A stretch of DNA of 33,600 bases, from positions 598,820-632,419 of the forward strand of contig NC_068993.1 of NCBI RefSeq assembly GCF_001194135.2, given 5' to 3'. The notes beneath the pieces were generated by a model. It was not told where the DNA came from, ran no database searches, and saw only the letters and a program-made list of their open reading frames with translations. Positions 10,560-22,466 of the stretch are shown piece by piece. This DNA is from Octopus bimaculoides. Its lineage: Eukaryota. A program made the position numbers and the translations under genes. Every line of letters begins with the position of its first letter. The first letter of the stretch is position 1.

Positions 10560-11499
10560 AAAAAAATATATATATATATACAGCCATGTAGCTGAAGAAT
10601 TGAAGAAATATAAATGGCTGATGTGTCGGCTCTTTCAATATACAGCATGACCAACAGTGATAACAGAGCTTGGACAGTGTGGAATGGGGTGGGGTGTCAT
10701 CTTTTAATGTAGTTCACCAAATATTATGGAAATGGCAGATGTCAAAAAGGATGAAAGGAATGATTTGATTATTTATAAAATGGAAATCTAATTAAAGAAA
10801 AATCTTTGTCTGAAAGCAGAGACTGGTCGACTGGCACGTGGCCATCCTTTCTTCTTGTAGGACATAAAATAATGACAATAAATAAATAATAAAGTGTGGC
10901 CTGTTGACACCTGTTCATGAATTTAGATGTTTATTTAAAAAGGTTTGTCAGTCTGTCTCATGACCCCAGTGGACGAAATGGAAATGGCATTGCCCCAAAG
11001 GATGGCAAGGGAGGTGCTCTGCAAGGGTCACCCTAATTCATGTCTCGTTTATTTTAATTAGGAAACGAGACCAAGATTTCCAACAGAAACAAAGACCAAA
11101 TATGACAATAACTCTCAAGAAATCTATGTTTTGGCAGAGGAAGTTTGTCTTTTGGTTCTTTCCACAGATGATAGAAGAAGGAAAAGAAGAAGCAGGAAAT
11201 ATTATCAATTAAAATTTTTATTACAAAGATTTCAGGGAAAAAGTAAAATTGAGGAGAAAAGAAAGATTTTGATTAAAAAATGGCATTTTTGTTGTTGTCT
11301 TTTAGTGGAAATAAAAAGACTGGAACCAAGAAGTTCTTTATTGGTGATTTATAGAAGTTTCTAAAGTAATTACATCTCTCATTTCTTCATTTGGTAAAAT
11401 TCATTAAGGATATTGCAAAACTATATTAACTGTGTGGACATAATTAAGAAACCTTTGTTTACACACTGGAAATAACATGAAACTGGGATAAAACACAAG

Positions 11500-11565
11500 A
11501 TAATAATAATGATAATAGTAATAATGATAATAGTAATAATAATAATAATGATGATAATAATAATA
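11500..11565. repeat. (TAA/TGA/TAG)n microsatellite
   Basis: Read directly. Confidence 0.9.
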
Positions 11566-13489
11566 TATTGCAATGTAATAACACATAATGATTATATTAT
11601 GATTCATAATTAATGAAACCAATTAGTTTTGTGATGTAATATTGATTTTGTTAATTATTTAGTAAAAATTCTTCTCCTCATGAAACTATATTTTGACAAA
11701 AGGTCAGATCTTTGGTTGTTCTTTAACTTCAGGTCAGCCCTGGTTGAGTAAATCTATAATGAAAGGCATTCCAGACATGACCATTCCATCATACTTAAGG
11801 CATAGTGCACTTGCAATCACATTAGCCAATGTCCATATTTCAGATGTTAAGGTTCGGTTTGAGGGAGATTTGGTTGCTATTTCTAGTAAGCCAAGAGTCC
11901 ATACGAAAGCTCTCTCTTTGACCCAGATCTCTTGTATTAATCAGGAATGTTGGTTCCCTTTGCTGAAAGTGAAAACTGTAACTGAGTGAGCATTTGACTG
12001 CTATTTCTGTAAATATTGCTGAAGTCTTTGGCTCTAAATATAGGTTCAGGTGAATGAACTTTGGGAAGAACATAAAGTGTCTGCATGTTGGCACCTGGTA
12101 AAATGGTGGAGTAATTTGATGTGGTGTATCGTACTTCATCATCATCATAATCATCATCATCATCACTGCCATCACCATGACCTCCACTGGTTTTAATTGA
12201 TTAATATCAATTTCTACCCTTATTAATAAATTTTAAATAATGATATTCTCAAACCGGTAAATTAGCTGCAAAAATTTATTAACTGCAGAGTTATTTCTGT
12301 CCTTAGCGTGCCAGATTGAAGACATTTGAAGGGATACACTGAATGTAATTTGTAGAACTCTACACGTGCTCCATTTCGGGTGGACGTCTTATGTCTAGTT
12401 CTGGAAATTATATTTTTAAATCGACAGACTACACTGATGATCCTGCAGATATTTACTTACGTAAATTTTAACAGGTGAAACCATGGTACATAAGTTAATC
12501 GTTTTTTAAAATTNNNNNNNNNNNNNNNNNNNNNNNNNNNNNNNNNNNNNNNNNNNNNNNNNNNNNNNNNNNNNNNNNNNNNNNNNNNNNNNNNNNNNNN
12601 NNNNNNNNNNNNNNNNNNNNNNNNNNNNNNNNNNNNNNNNNNNNNNNNNNNNNNNNNNNNNNNNNNNNNNNNNNNNNNNNNNNNNNNNNNNNNNNNNNNN
12701 NNNNNNNNNNNNNNNNNNNNNNNNNNNNNNNNNNNNNNNNNNNNNNNNNNNNNNNNNNNNNNNNNNNNNNNNNNNNNNNNNNNNNNNNNNNNNNNNNNNN
12801 NNNNNNNNNNNNNNNNNNNNNNNNNNNNNNNNNNNNNNNNNNNNNNNNNNNNNNNNNNNNNNNNNNNNNNNNNNNNNNNNNNNNNNNNNNNNNNNNNNNN
12901 NNNNNNNNNNNNNNNNNNNNNNNNNNNNNNNNNNNNNNNNNNNNNNNNNNNNNNNNNNNNNNNNNNNNNNNNNNNNNNNNNNNNNNNNNNNNNNNNNNNN
13001 NNNNNNNNNNNNNNNNNNNNNNNNNNNNNNNNNNNNNNNNNNNNNNNNNNNNNNNTATATATTTATATATACATGTGTATGTTATATGTATGTATCTATC
13101 TATCAATCTATTTAGATAGATAGATTTTTATATATTGCAGACAGCATTAATTTAGATACTTCTGTCTGTATGTGAATGTGTATGTGTATTTGTCAGTGTA
13201 TGTATGTATGTCTATGTATCTGTAAGTATGTATGTATGTATCCGTGTGTATGTGTGTGAATGTGACTGCGTGTATGTATGTGTGTGTGTGTATGTATGTG
13301 TGTGTGTGTGTGTGTGTTAATTTTTTTTGCCACCTAAAGTGAACATATTTACTAAAACCTGGCTTCCAAGATGTAATTGTATCCTGCAGAGGAGGATGTC
13401 AGGCTCATTTAATCTTTGCGCCTGTTTAATTGCATTTCTTTAAACTATCTTATATAACTTACCTCCCTTGACGATAACGAGAGCCAATT

Positions 13490-13685
13490 AGGAGGCTTCT
13501 GTGTGGTTGTTTACCATGCTAGAAATAACTGGCAAGTCTCTCTCAAGTCACTCCTTACTACAGGTGACTTGATAAAGTAATCTATGTTACACTTCCGAAA
13601 TATAAGAGGGGATGGTCATCATGTTTAGAATGCCTTTGATCATAGGTTTACTCAATCAGGACCAACTTGGGGTTAAACAACAATA
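13490..13685 (+). repeat. Dispersed repeat family C (retroposon-like, CAA tail). Other copies near 18680-18880, 19000-19078, 23020-23075, 27895-28090 (+), 7145-7235 (+) and 11700-11990 (-)
   Basis: Shared tgctagaaata.c..cc/gcaaatct ... gatgg.tcat.gctggaat.cttt.atcatag ... ctggggttaaacaaca segments. Confidence 0.7.
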
Positions 13686-14650
13686 ATATATTAGCGTTGT
13701 TTATAATATAACTAATCATAACTAATTGATTATGATATAGATAATTAGAGTTAATTAACATTGTTCCCTGCCTGACATATCACCTGTGACCACCTTGTAT
13801 TTTTCTCTTTCAGCTTCAATATATAATAAATGAGAAGGGAATAAGAAATTTCTTGTTCCCTTGTCATTTATTTAAATTACTTATTACTGCTCTGTACTCG
13901 ACTGATACTTTTTTCAGAAGCAAATGTATATTGAATTCTAACATCATATTATTAGCATTGCTATGCCTAAACAAAATAACAAAATATGTCTATACATACA
14001 CGCATGTTTGCATGTGTGTGTGTGTGCATGTGTGCGTGTGCGACTTGGGAAGCCATCCATCTCATAGAAGCATGAAAAAAATTTGATGTTGAATCACAAA
14101 TTAAGAAATTTACAATTCTGTAGAAGACATGAATTTAATGACAACCAAATATGGATTAGATTAAGGGATTAGATTAGATTAGATTAAGGGGAAATATTTC
14201 TTTGGTTGTTATTAAATCATAGCTTGGATTATTGATGTTTTCAACCTCATTAATAATGAAAGTAAAGTTAAATGGCAGTTTAGGAAATATATTAGGTGGG
14301 GGGCAGTCAACATTACTGTGTGGCCAAGCAAGACAATTCCATACCTGTTATACCTTCTGTCATTTAAGTTGAGTTAGAGACTCACAACATCCAAAGTCAA
14401 TGAATTTATTTCATGGGTCACAGTGACAGTATATTCTGTCAATTAATGTATTTAATTGGTTACAAACACATAACATGTGTAAGCAATGAAGATAATTGTC
14501 TGCAGACACAACATAATTAACGGATGACAGATGCATGACATAATTAAGCAACAAACTTAATGGGTTACAGATGCACAACATAATTAAACAATTAAGATAT
14601 TTAACTATCCATAGATTTATGTGAAACTCATTTTATTATTTCTCTTTCAG

Positions 14651-14712
14651 ACAAAAACATTCAGAATGAAATAAAAGAGTTTCCTCCTCCTCCTCTTCCT
14701 CAAAAAGATTAA
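14651..14712 (+). CDS. Candidate terminal exon of a convergent plus-strand gene (xKNIQNEIKEFPPPPLPQKD*)
   Basis: tttattatttctctttcag acceptor; phase-1 frame open to TAA at 14710-14712; encodes EFPPPPLP; ATTAAA near 14800 and AATAAA at 14832-14837. It overlaps the protease 3' UTR, so it could be coincidental. Confidence 0.35.
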
Positions 14713-14719
14713 TTTTGCT

Positions 14720-14773
14720 TTAAACCCTGCCAGAAAGTTGGTCTTTCATCAGACATTTCCCATGGTAACAAAT
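14720..14773 (-). CDS. Terminal coding exon of the metalloprotease (ICYHGKCLMKDQLSGRV*)
   Basis: tttttttaaacag acceptor, phase 0; C-x-x-G-x-C completes the domain; TAA at 14722-14720; AATAAA on the minus strand at 14637-14632. Confidence 0.9.
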   Translation of the reverse strand: MCYHGKCLMKDQLSGRV

Positions 14774-15109
14774 CTGTTTAAAAAAACAAACAGACAATAT
14801 ATTAAATACATTTTAAGTTAAGTCTTAATCAAAATAAAATTTAGTGATAATCAACTTTTATAAATAATGAATATATCACTATCATCGTCATGGCCCTCCA
14901 TTGGTTATGGTGCTTAACAGCAGGATGCTCTCCCTCTTGCTCACCATTATCTGCTTTTTGAATGAAGTATATTTTATTTTACTCATCTTTGAAAGTAAAG
15001 CATGACTTTTGTTTCCAAGGAATGTCATTATAACAGTGCACAAGACACAAAGCACAAACATTCACACACACACACACACACACACATGCACATGCATATG
15101 AATGATGGG

Positions 15110-15255
15110 CTTCCATACAGTTTTTGTCTATTAATTTCATGCACAAAACATTGGTGAAAATGGGGCTATCGTTAAAGATACTTGCCCAAGATGCTGCGAA
15201 ATGGGACTGAACCCATGACCCCATGGGTATGCAGCTAACTTAACCACATAGCCAG
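15110..15255 (-). mobile_element. SINE family B, reverse copy
   Basis: ggcttccatacagtttttgtcta...gatacttgcccaag...gggactgaaccc...taaccacatagcc. Confidence 0.7.
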
Positions 15256-15644
15256 TTGAACAGATGGTGGTCTGGCAAGGCTTTGCTACTGAATATGCTG
15301 GAATCAAACGTACAAATGGCAGATCTGTAGTAGATGAATATGCAAATAGATACAATTCTACTCATTCTAATACAGTAATGTCATTTATGGACATGAATCC
15401 CAGGGCAATGCCATANNNNNNNNNNNNNNNNNNNNNNNNNNNNNNNNNNNNNNNNNNNNNNNNNNNNNNNNNNNNNNNNNNNNNNNNNNNNNNNNNNNNN
15501 NNNNNNNNNNNNNNNNNNNNNNNNNNNNNNNNNNNATATATATATATATATATATATAATTATCCCTAATACATTCTCGGTTGTTTGGTAATACAAATGA
15601 GCTGGTATTAAAAACAACGAAGTGAAAACAATTTCAAAACTCAC

Positions 15645-15752
15645 AGCATTTCTTCCACAGTCAGTTCCATGGACTGCTGGTTGTTCTCTGGTGAATATGT
15701 ACTTCCGTTTCTCATCATAACAACACAAATGGTGACACTGAAATTCACTGAC
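15645..15752 (-). CDS. ADAMTS-type Cys-rich/disintegrin-like exon (QCHHLCC...HGTDCG)
   Basis: ctgtgtag acceptor; 108 nt, phase 0 to 0; GCT|GTGAGT donor; C-x-x-L-x-C and GT-x-CG signature. Confidence 0.92.
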
Positions 15753-15904
15753 CTACACAGTAGAAAACAGCATAAAAGTTTGCATGCATGTCTAGTATTC
15801 ATTAAATATGATAGCTTAACTTGACTGTTTTTTATTTATGCAGAGGATAACTGTGAGTAACATTTCTCTGTCATTAAGATACTTTTTGATGCTTATCCCT
15901 GTAC

Positions 15905-16110
15905 CCTTCCCTGACATTTTCTAATGTCCAGGTTTCATGCTGGCATCGGTTGGCTTGTTTGATAGGGTTCAATGTGCCCCAAAAACTGCACTCTATTCTT
16001 TTCTCTATACTCTGGCATAATTTCTACAGCCAGATGCCCTTCCCAATACCAACCATTTTACAGTGTGTACTGGGTGCTTTTTCTGTGTCACCAGCTCCAG
16101 TGATGTTGCT
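15905..16110 (-). mobile_element. RTE-tail repeat, older copy in a protease intron
   Basis: Reverse complement of the tail: aatgtccaggtttcatgctggcatcggttgg, cagatgcccttcccaataccaacc, gggtgcttttt. Confidence 0.7.
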
Positions 16111-16404
16111 ATGCAACTTGCATGACTTTGATAATAATAATTTTTTTGTCACTAATGGACTGGACAAAGCTAGGCTTTGCTGAGGAGGTTTAACAAGACC
16201 GAAATGTGTACAGAGTTGTCCATAATTGCTTAAATCAATTATAGTATCAACAGCCAATAAGCTAATTGCTTCTTCTCTCCACCTCAAGTATCATTAATTT
16301 TTATTAATTAATATTTTATATTAAAAAGAGAATTTTTTTAAAATTCATTTTCTAGACCGTGGTCATGCTAGGGCACCACCCTTAGGAAGTATTTTTTGCT
16401 CCTT

Positions 16405-16500
16405 TTCCTCAGCTGATTACATCAACTCTTTTAGCCCCAGAAGGATGAAAGGCAAAGCTGACCTCATTGGGATTTGAACACAGAACATAAAGGTGAGGAT
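16405..16500 (-). mobile_element. SINE family A, reverse partial copy
   Basis: ccagaaggatgaaaggcaaagctgacctcattgggatttgaacacagaac. Confidence 0.7.
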
Positions 16501-16944
16501 GGAAATACATCCAGGTACTTTGGGAACTGGAAAAAATACCCAGAATTAGACAAAATCCCTGTAAAGTGTTGGAGAAAGTAATTTTTCTTAACTGTTCGAA
16601 CTCAAATTCTGCTCCTTTACCAAAAAATGTCAAAACAGGGATACTACTGCCAGGGGTCATGGCCGACAAACAAGATCAAAAATTTGAAGACAAATGGGGT
16701 TACAGTTTATTTGGTTTGATCCAATGATTCACTGCTATGCCTCACCACCCTTTTGGTCAATTCTCGATCAATTCTGCCAGTCATCATTTTATTTAGAATT
16801 GGTATTATTTATTCCATGTTGGAAGGAACAAACATTGAAGAAAATTGGAAGTTTTATAAAGAGAGGAATAACATTCTTGAAAATAACTAAATTATCAATT
16901 TACAAGTGGAAACGATAGATTTAGCTTCGTTTTATTGTTCTTAC

Positions 16945-17071
16945 CTCACATGGTTCACCTTTTACATAATTATAACATTGATCCTTTAACTTCATTTGTT
17001 GTCCAGGTAAAACTTTGGGGTAAGGAATCGGCTCCACAGCACGATTCCACAGACAATGAGCAGCAGTTGTT
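16945..17071 (-). CDS. M12B metalloprotease exon (end of catalytic domain AHCL, then LPGQ...DQC of the ADAMTS-type disintegrin-like domain)
   Basis: T-rich tract plus attatag acceptor; 127 nt, phase 2 to 0; GAG|GTAAGA donor; CL...LPGQ...QC signature. Confidence 0.93.
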
Positions 17072-18131
17072 CTATAATATCATAAAAAAAAACAACAACA
17101 CATAAATGAGGTGTCTGTTATGTTTATTTATTTATTTTAGATCACAATCTCTTGTTCTTGTTGTTCTTGTCGCCAATTCCAGTTGCAGCCATTCTGCTAC
17201 ATTCCTGGGAGTTGTTCCAAAAATCAAGTATAATGAGATTAATGAGATTAGCTATTTAATGGAAGAGATGAGAGACATCCTGTCATTGCAGTCTGGATAT
17301 TATGTCTGGGTCTGTGATTCTGTGATGATGGTCATTTTTGTATGGACCAAAGAGCAGAGTACATTTGTGCCAACGTCCACTTTGGTAACTATTTTCTTTA
17401 TTGATCGTAAGCTGGACTGGTGGTGGGTAGCCACCTACACTATTACCATTCCAGGGTGGTGGTTACAAATCACAACCACCAAACACTATTTCTTGGAATT
17501 CTGTATTTGGATGATTTTGGTTCTTTGATTTCACACAATTCTTATGCTTAAACACTCTCTCCACATGAGTATTTGCATGTGGAAAATGAGAAGTGTTAAA
17601 GCTTCTTATAAATGACAAAATTCCGAACACTTTCCATTCACAATCGTTGGTCAACTCAAGGCAGCACTAGTGGGCATCTACTCAAGATACTGTGCAGTGA
17701 GATTGAACCGACATCTACATGGTTGCAAAGTGAATTACATGTCTGCACTCGTCTCTGACTTAATAATGATTCCTCACAACATGTGCCTGTTGTTTATCAA
17801 TGAGGAATGTTATAATATACAAGTAAAGAATTCAGAATAGAAATGTGATACCAAAACTATACAAAGAATCACAGCTTCTAAAGGTTAATTATCCATCAAA
17901 GCTGCAGTATCTCTTGTTTTCTTTGAAGGTTTCACTGAACTTTAAACTTGACTGGCAATAATTTCCACCTCAAACCTGAAATATCTCTAAACTAACACCA
18001 TCTTTACTACTACTTGAAGTATCAGCTCTTTATGATGGTAAACTACAGAAAATGACTTCTACTCCTAAAAAAAAACAAAAAAAACATTGGTACTTATGTA
18101 ATTCTACAAGTGTAGAGAAGGATCTACTTAC

Positions 18132-18275
18132 CTTAAGAATTCTTTAAACTTTTTTATTGAGCATGTTGAAAATCTGTGTGCCTTAATTGGGTCAGATCTG
18201 TTGTAACTCATGAGGTAGCCAGAATTGGTTGTGCACATTTCAGCACCAGATTCTCCATCATGTGGGGCACCAAGC
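18132..18275 (-). CDS. M12B metalloprotease exon (LGAPHD, Met-turn GYLMS, FSTCS)
   Basis: gatttttag acceptor; 144 nt, phase 2 to 2; AG|GTAAGT donor. Splicing yields HEVGHLLGAPHD (HExxHxxGxxHD). Confidence 0.95.
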
Positions 18276-19879
18276 CTAAAAATCCAAGGATTGGTTCAAT
18301 TAATTAAATTCTAATCTCTGCATATTGCATAGATTGAAATGTCAGTTTGGAGTATCTTTCAGGGTAGTTTTCACCCTGGGTAGATAACTGACTGTTTTTG
18401 CTTTAACTCAACATTTGGCAGTATTAACAACCATATCGTTTACAGCTGATATCAAAACTCTAAACATACTGCTTTAATGTAACAACAAGCTTTATTAATA
18501 CACAACTTCTGTATAAAACCTGGAATATTTATTTCATCAAACGAAACTCTTGGTTTAAATGTATTTATTTATGTCACCCCATATTCTTAATGTAAGAAAT
18601 ACCTCCTCCACTCCATCAAATAACAAACTATTTTCATAGAACTTCACTAAAATGTTAGGAAAGGTTACAGGAAACATCAAAGGAGCCTCTTAGTGGTTTT
18701 TTGACATGCTAGAAATAACAACCAAATCTCCTTAAAAATCACATCATTAAGTGAAGGACACATAGAATAGTGTAGTGCTAGATAGACTGTTTAAATAAAG
18801 ATGAGATTGTCATATCTGGAATTTCTTTCATCATGGGTCTGTTCAGTTTGGACTGACCTGGGGTTAAATAGCAACATAGCAGTAACAGGAGCCATAGATG
18901 GTTTAAAATCTATGCGGATTTTAAACGTGTCAGAATGAGGAACCAAATTTCAAATAACATAAAAATAGGAAAAAGATATTAGAAAATGTATTTGTTTGAA
19001 TGATAGAATGGTCCTGGCTGGAACACTTTTGATCATAGATCTGCTCCTGTGGGGACTAACCTGGGGTTAAACAACACTTTCCAGTAAACTCTTCTGCATT
19101 CCAACAACTTCTACAGATCTCTTGAAATATTCCTCTACGTTTTAAGACCAACGTTTTTACATTCTTTTCTATGTTTTTCTCTTTCTCTTATAGTTTACAC
19201 TGACCTTACACACACACATATAAATATGTCTATATATATNNNNNNNNNNNNNNNNNNNNNNNNNNNNNNNNNNNNNNNNNNNNNNNNNNNNNNNNNNNNN
19301 TATATATATATTCACACTCACACACCAGTTCTCTCCTCCTTATATATTTTATTACTGACCTTCATTCATTTGACTCAGAAATTTTATCTAATTTTCAAGA
19401 AATATGTTTTATTACCTTCATATTTAGTTTCTTGTCTTTCATTTCTCAGTCATTATCAGTACCACCACCCGCACCACCCATATCACCACCACCCCTACGA
19501 CCGCCACCACCACCACCACCGCTGCTGCTACCACAACTACCCCCCATCAATAGATTTCCTCTACTTCCAGAGTGGAGGAAACGACTTTCGAATATTCCCA
19601 CACCTAAACATTTTCTTGTAATACCGAAACTCCTCCTCCTCCTCCTCTCCCTTCTTTTCCATTTCCATTCTTTGTTCTACGGCACATTGACCAGTCCTTG
19701 CCTGGTTCCAATAGCAAATCAATCACGAGAAGTTGCCAGCACCTTGGTCAATCGTTCTTCCTCTGTGGAAGAGGTATTGTGAGTGGTCTCCCTTGAATTG
19801 ATCCTAGCACAACGTAATTAACTTTGAGAGGGAGAGAAAGAGAAGAGGAAAGGAAGGGAGTGAAGAGTTGGATCTTGTC

Positions 19880-20005
19880 CTTAACCGGTACTTATTGGCC
19901 CAGGAAGAATGAAAAGTAAAGATGGCTTCAGCAGGATTTGAACTCAAAGCACAGAGATAAATCCCATTAACTATTCCATCCAACACTCTAAACATCTCTG
20001 CCATT
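19880..20005 (-). mobile_element. SINE family A, reverse decayed copy
   Basis: ccggtacttattggcccaggaagaatgaaaagtaaag...ggatttgaactcaaagc...ctgccattctgc. Confidence 0.6.
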
Positions 20006-20165
20006 CTGCTGACTTCTAAAGTTTTGGCAATTTTCCAAATCCTTGAAGAAACAGTAAAATAACTCAAAAAATAAAATAAAAGAAGAGAAACTATGGCACT
20101 CACTCCACACCCTACGCCACTACCACACCCACCCCTCATACACTAAAACCCCTAAAAACACTTAC

Positions 20166-20339
20166 AAATGACCAACTTCATGTGCAGCTGTGAAGACACC
20201 CCTAAATACAAGGTCAGTTTCTCCAATGGCAACATTCAGGGCTCCCATTAGCCAGTGCCTTCGACAGGCTCCACCAACATACGACACCCCAGTTACTCGT
20301 TTTTCACACGCTTGACCACTGAAAACACAACCATCATCT
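20166..20339 (-). CDS. M12B metalloprotease exon (GVSYVGGAC...AAHEVGH, first half of the zinc motif)
   Basis: tttctgtttcag acceptor; 174 nt, phase 2 to 2; TT|GTAAG donor; encodes HEVGH. Confidence 0.95.
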
Positions 20340-20467
20340 CTGAAACAGAAAGAAAAATGTCGTTATTTCTCAAAGGAAGGCAAATATCAAATTGGGAACT
20401 CTCGATTCCATAATAATACCAGTTACCAATATTAGAGGTGTTTGAGGAAGAATCTGTCAGGACTTAC

Positions 20468-20619
20468 CCAGTCAATAAAAAGATGACATCGAATTTCTTG
20501 AAGTCTCTGTAATGATAACTAAGCCATCTTTGTAAGTCTGACAGGGCATGTCTGGCTTCAAATATTCTTTTGTTTCCCTGAAGCATATTATTCTTGAGAA
20601 ATAGCTGTGATTCTTCATC
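20468..20619 (-). CDS. M12B metalloprotease exon (DEESQL...FDVIFLLTG)
   Basis: tattttag acceptor; 152 nt, phase 0 to 2; GG|GTAAGT donor; D-x-x-x-LLT motif typical of reprolysins. Confidence 0.9.
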
Positions 20620-20750
20620 CTAAAATACATGTTATGGTTGGAATAATAAAGGCTTACTTAGCAACGATAATTAAATTTATGTTAATTATTTATTATTATA
20701 TTTATGTTACTTATATAATGTAGCACTAAGAAAGTAAAAGTCAATCTTAC

Positions 20751-20822
20751 CTGAAACACACCAACTGTCTTCAGTTTTATGTTAATCCTCATATCTTGTA
20801 TTGTGGCAAAACGAAGGTTAAC
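20751..20822 (-). CDS. M12B metalloprotease exon (VNLRFATIQDMRINIKLKTVGVFQ)
   Basis: ttccgacag acceptor; 72 nt, phase 0 to 0; CAG|GTAAGA donor; matches the reprolysin helix-strand pattern. Confidence 0.9.
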
Positions 20823-20904
20823 CTGTCGGAATAAAACACAGCCATTCCACAGAATATGAACAAACAGACTCTGACATGGAAACTTTATCATTAAAGTTTA
20901 TTTT

Positions 20905-20926
20905 CTCTCTCTCTCTCTCTCTCTCA

Positions 20927-20966
<40 letters not shown>

Positions 20967-21020
20967 NNNNNNNNNNNNNNNNNNNNNNNNNNNNNNNNNN
21001 NNNNNNNNNNNNNNNNNNNN

Positions 21021-21086
<66 letters not shown>
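20905..21086. repeat. (CT)n microsatellite spanning an assembly gap
   Basis: Read directly. Confidence 0.95.
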
Positions 21087-21089
<3 letters not shown>

Positions 21090-21224
21090 AGTAACCATGT
21101 ACCTCTTTTGTAGTAAGATACCTATTTCTCTGTCACTTGTTTCTGCTTCTTTGTCTCTTTGTCACACTCTCACCTTTCATCCTCTGACACGAGATCCCCT
21201 CCTCCAATGCCCCTGCCCCTCCTT

Positions 21225-21320
21225 GTCTGGTGAGTTGCTTGGTAACCCTGCCAGTGCTGGTGCCATGTAAAAAGCATCCAGTCCACACCATAATGTGGTT
21301 GGCATCTGGAAGGGCAGATT
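21225..21320 (+). mobile_element. RTE-tail repeat fragment
   Basis: gccagtgctggtgccatgtaaaaagcatcc...gtggttggcatctggaagggc. Confidence 0.6.
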
Positions 21321-21418
21321 TTCCCCATTGAACATGGAGAAATGCATGACAGAATAAAAGACAACGTTTGTTCAATTGTTTCGCAAAGAATCCCCTGAAA
21401 TGAAACATCTTTACTTAC

Positions 21419-21600
21419 AGCATGCCAAAAGTGCAACATATACGCAGCCAGGTCTCGTAAGTTCCTGCCAGCCTTTAAATAAAGAGCGTAATCTAAAAGA
21501 ACACACACTTCCACATCGATGTAAGGAACAGCATTCATAGCATGGCGCTTCACTCGGTTCACACTTTCTTCTGTTTCTTTTGGTAAGGGTAAAGGAATGC
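21419..21600 (-). CDS. M12B/ADAMTS-like metalloprotease exon (furin site RVKR and start of catalytic domain, IDVEVCVLLDY)
   Basis: ttattcttag acceptor; 182 nt, phase 1 to 0; GCT|GTAAGT donor; RVKR is followed by a reprolysin-like first beta strand. Confidence 0.9.
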
Positions 21601-22223
21601 CTAAGAATAAAAAAATTTTACAGAAATACACAAAATATCCAATATTTAGGTTCCTTGCTTATGAATTATGAGTTATTGATCTCTAATATTGACATAATGG
21701 TTCTCGCTGTTTTAGGGCCGAGACATAACAACAACAACATCAACATTACCCCACACTTCACTCAATGGACAGCACTAAAAACACAGGAGTAAACACCACA
21801 AATTAACAAACTCCCTCCAAGTTCTACTTTAAATTCACTACAAATCGTCTACAAATTTTCTACAAGTTCACTACATATACAGGTATATTCTGTCTATATC
21901 AACTCTAAGGCTGCTGTCTTTGGATCACTGTTAATAGTTTTCCAGTCAAAGTTTTTCCGTTTATTTCCAGTTTATTATGTTAAAGCTGTAGTTTATATCC
22001 GGAATGTTTAGTGTATTTATATCTATTTATATCTATTTCTAGCAGTGACTCTTCTCTTGTTAACAATAGCAAGACTCTTCTGCTGTGCTCTTTCCTAATT
22101 TTCTCATTCCTATCTCTGTCTTACGTTTTATCAGTTTTATCTATTTATGAATATTTCTTTGGCTGGTTCTGATCTAATTTTTTGATTTCAGTGTCTATTG
22201 TTGTTCGCATTGTCATTATTGCT

Positions 22224-22224
<1 letters not shown>

Positions 22225-22268
<44 letters not shown>
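22225..22268. repeat. (GTT)n microsatellite
   Basis: Read directly. Confidence 0.95.
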
Positions 22269-22466
22269 AATTATGGAATTGTTGTCATTATGAAATTATG
22301 CATTATGTAATTAATAAGAATATTACAAGATTTAACATAATCTTAATAAGGAGAGATTTATCAAATGGATTACAAGCAGCAACGATTTTATTGAAAGCTG
22401 GCCTTAGACAATTCCTTTGTCATATCAGTGGCAGAAATGAAGAAACATATCAGTATATATATCTAC

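Noticed and set aside
15264-15415. Protein-like frame FATEYAGIKRTNGRSVVDEYANRY
   Set aside because: Short, runs into a gap, and has no motif or splice support.
16512-16726. Plus-strand open frame VLWELEK...FGLIQ*
   Set aside because: Starts at the edge of a SINE, has no recognisable motif and no linked exon.
18030-18042. Possible acceptor ttctgtag giving a short terminal exon (SLPS*) after exon 18132
   Set aside because: Exon 16945-17071 continues the frame with the expected CL...LPGQ...QC motif; early termination is unsupported.
19432-19782. Proline-rich 116-aa ORF
   Set aside because: Driven by (CAC)n and (CCT)n low-complexity DNA in an intron.
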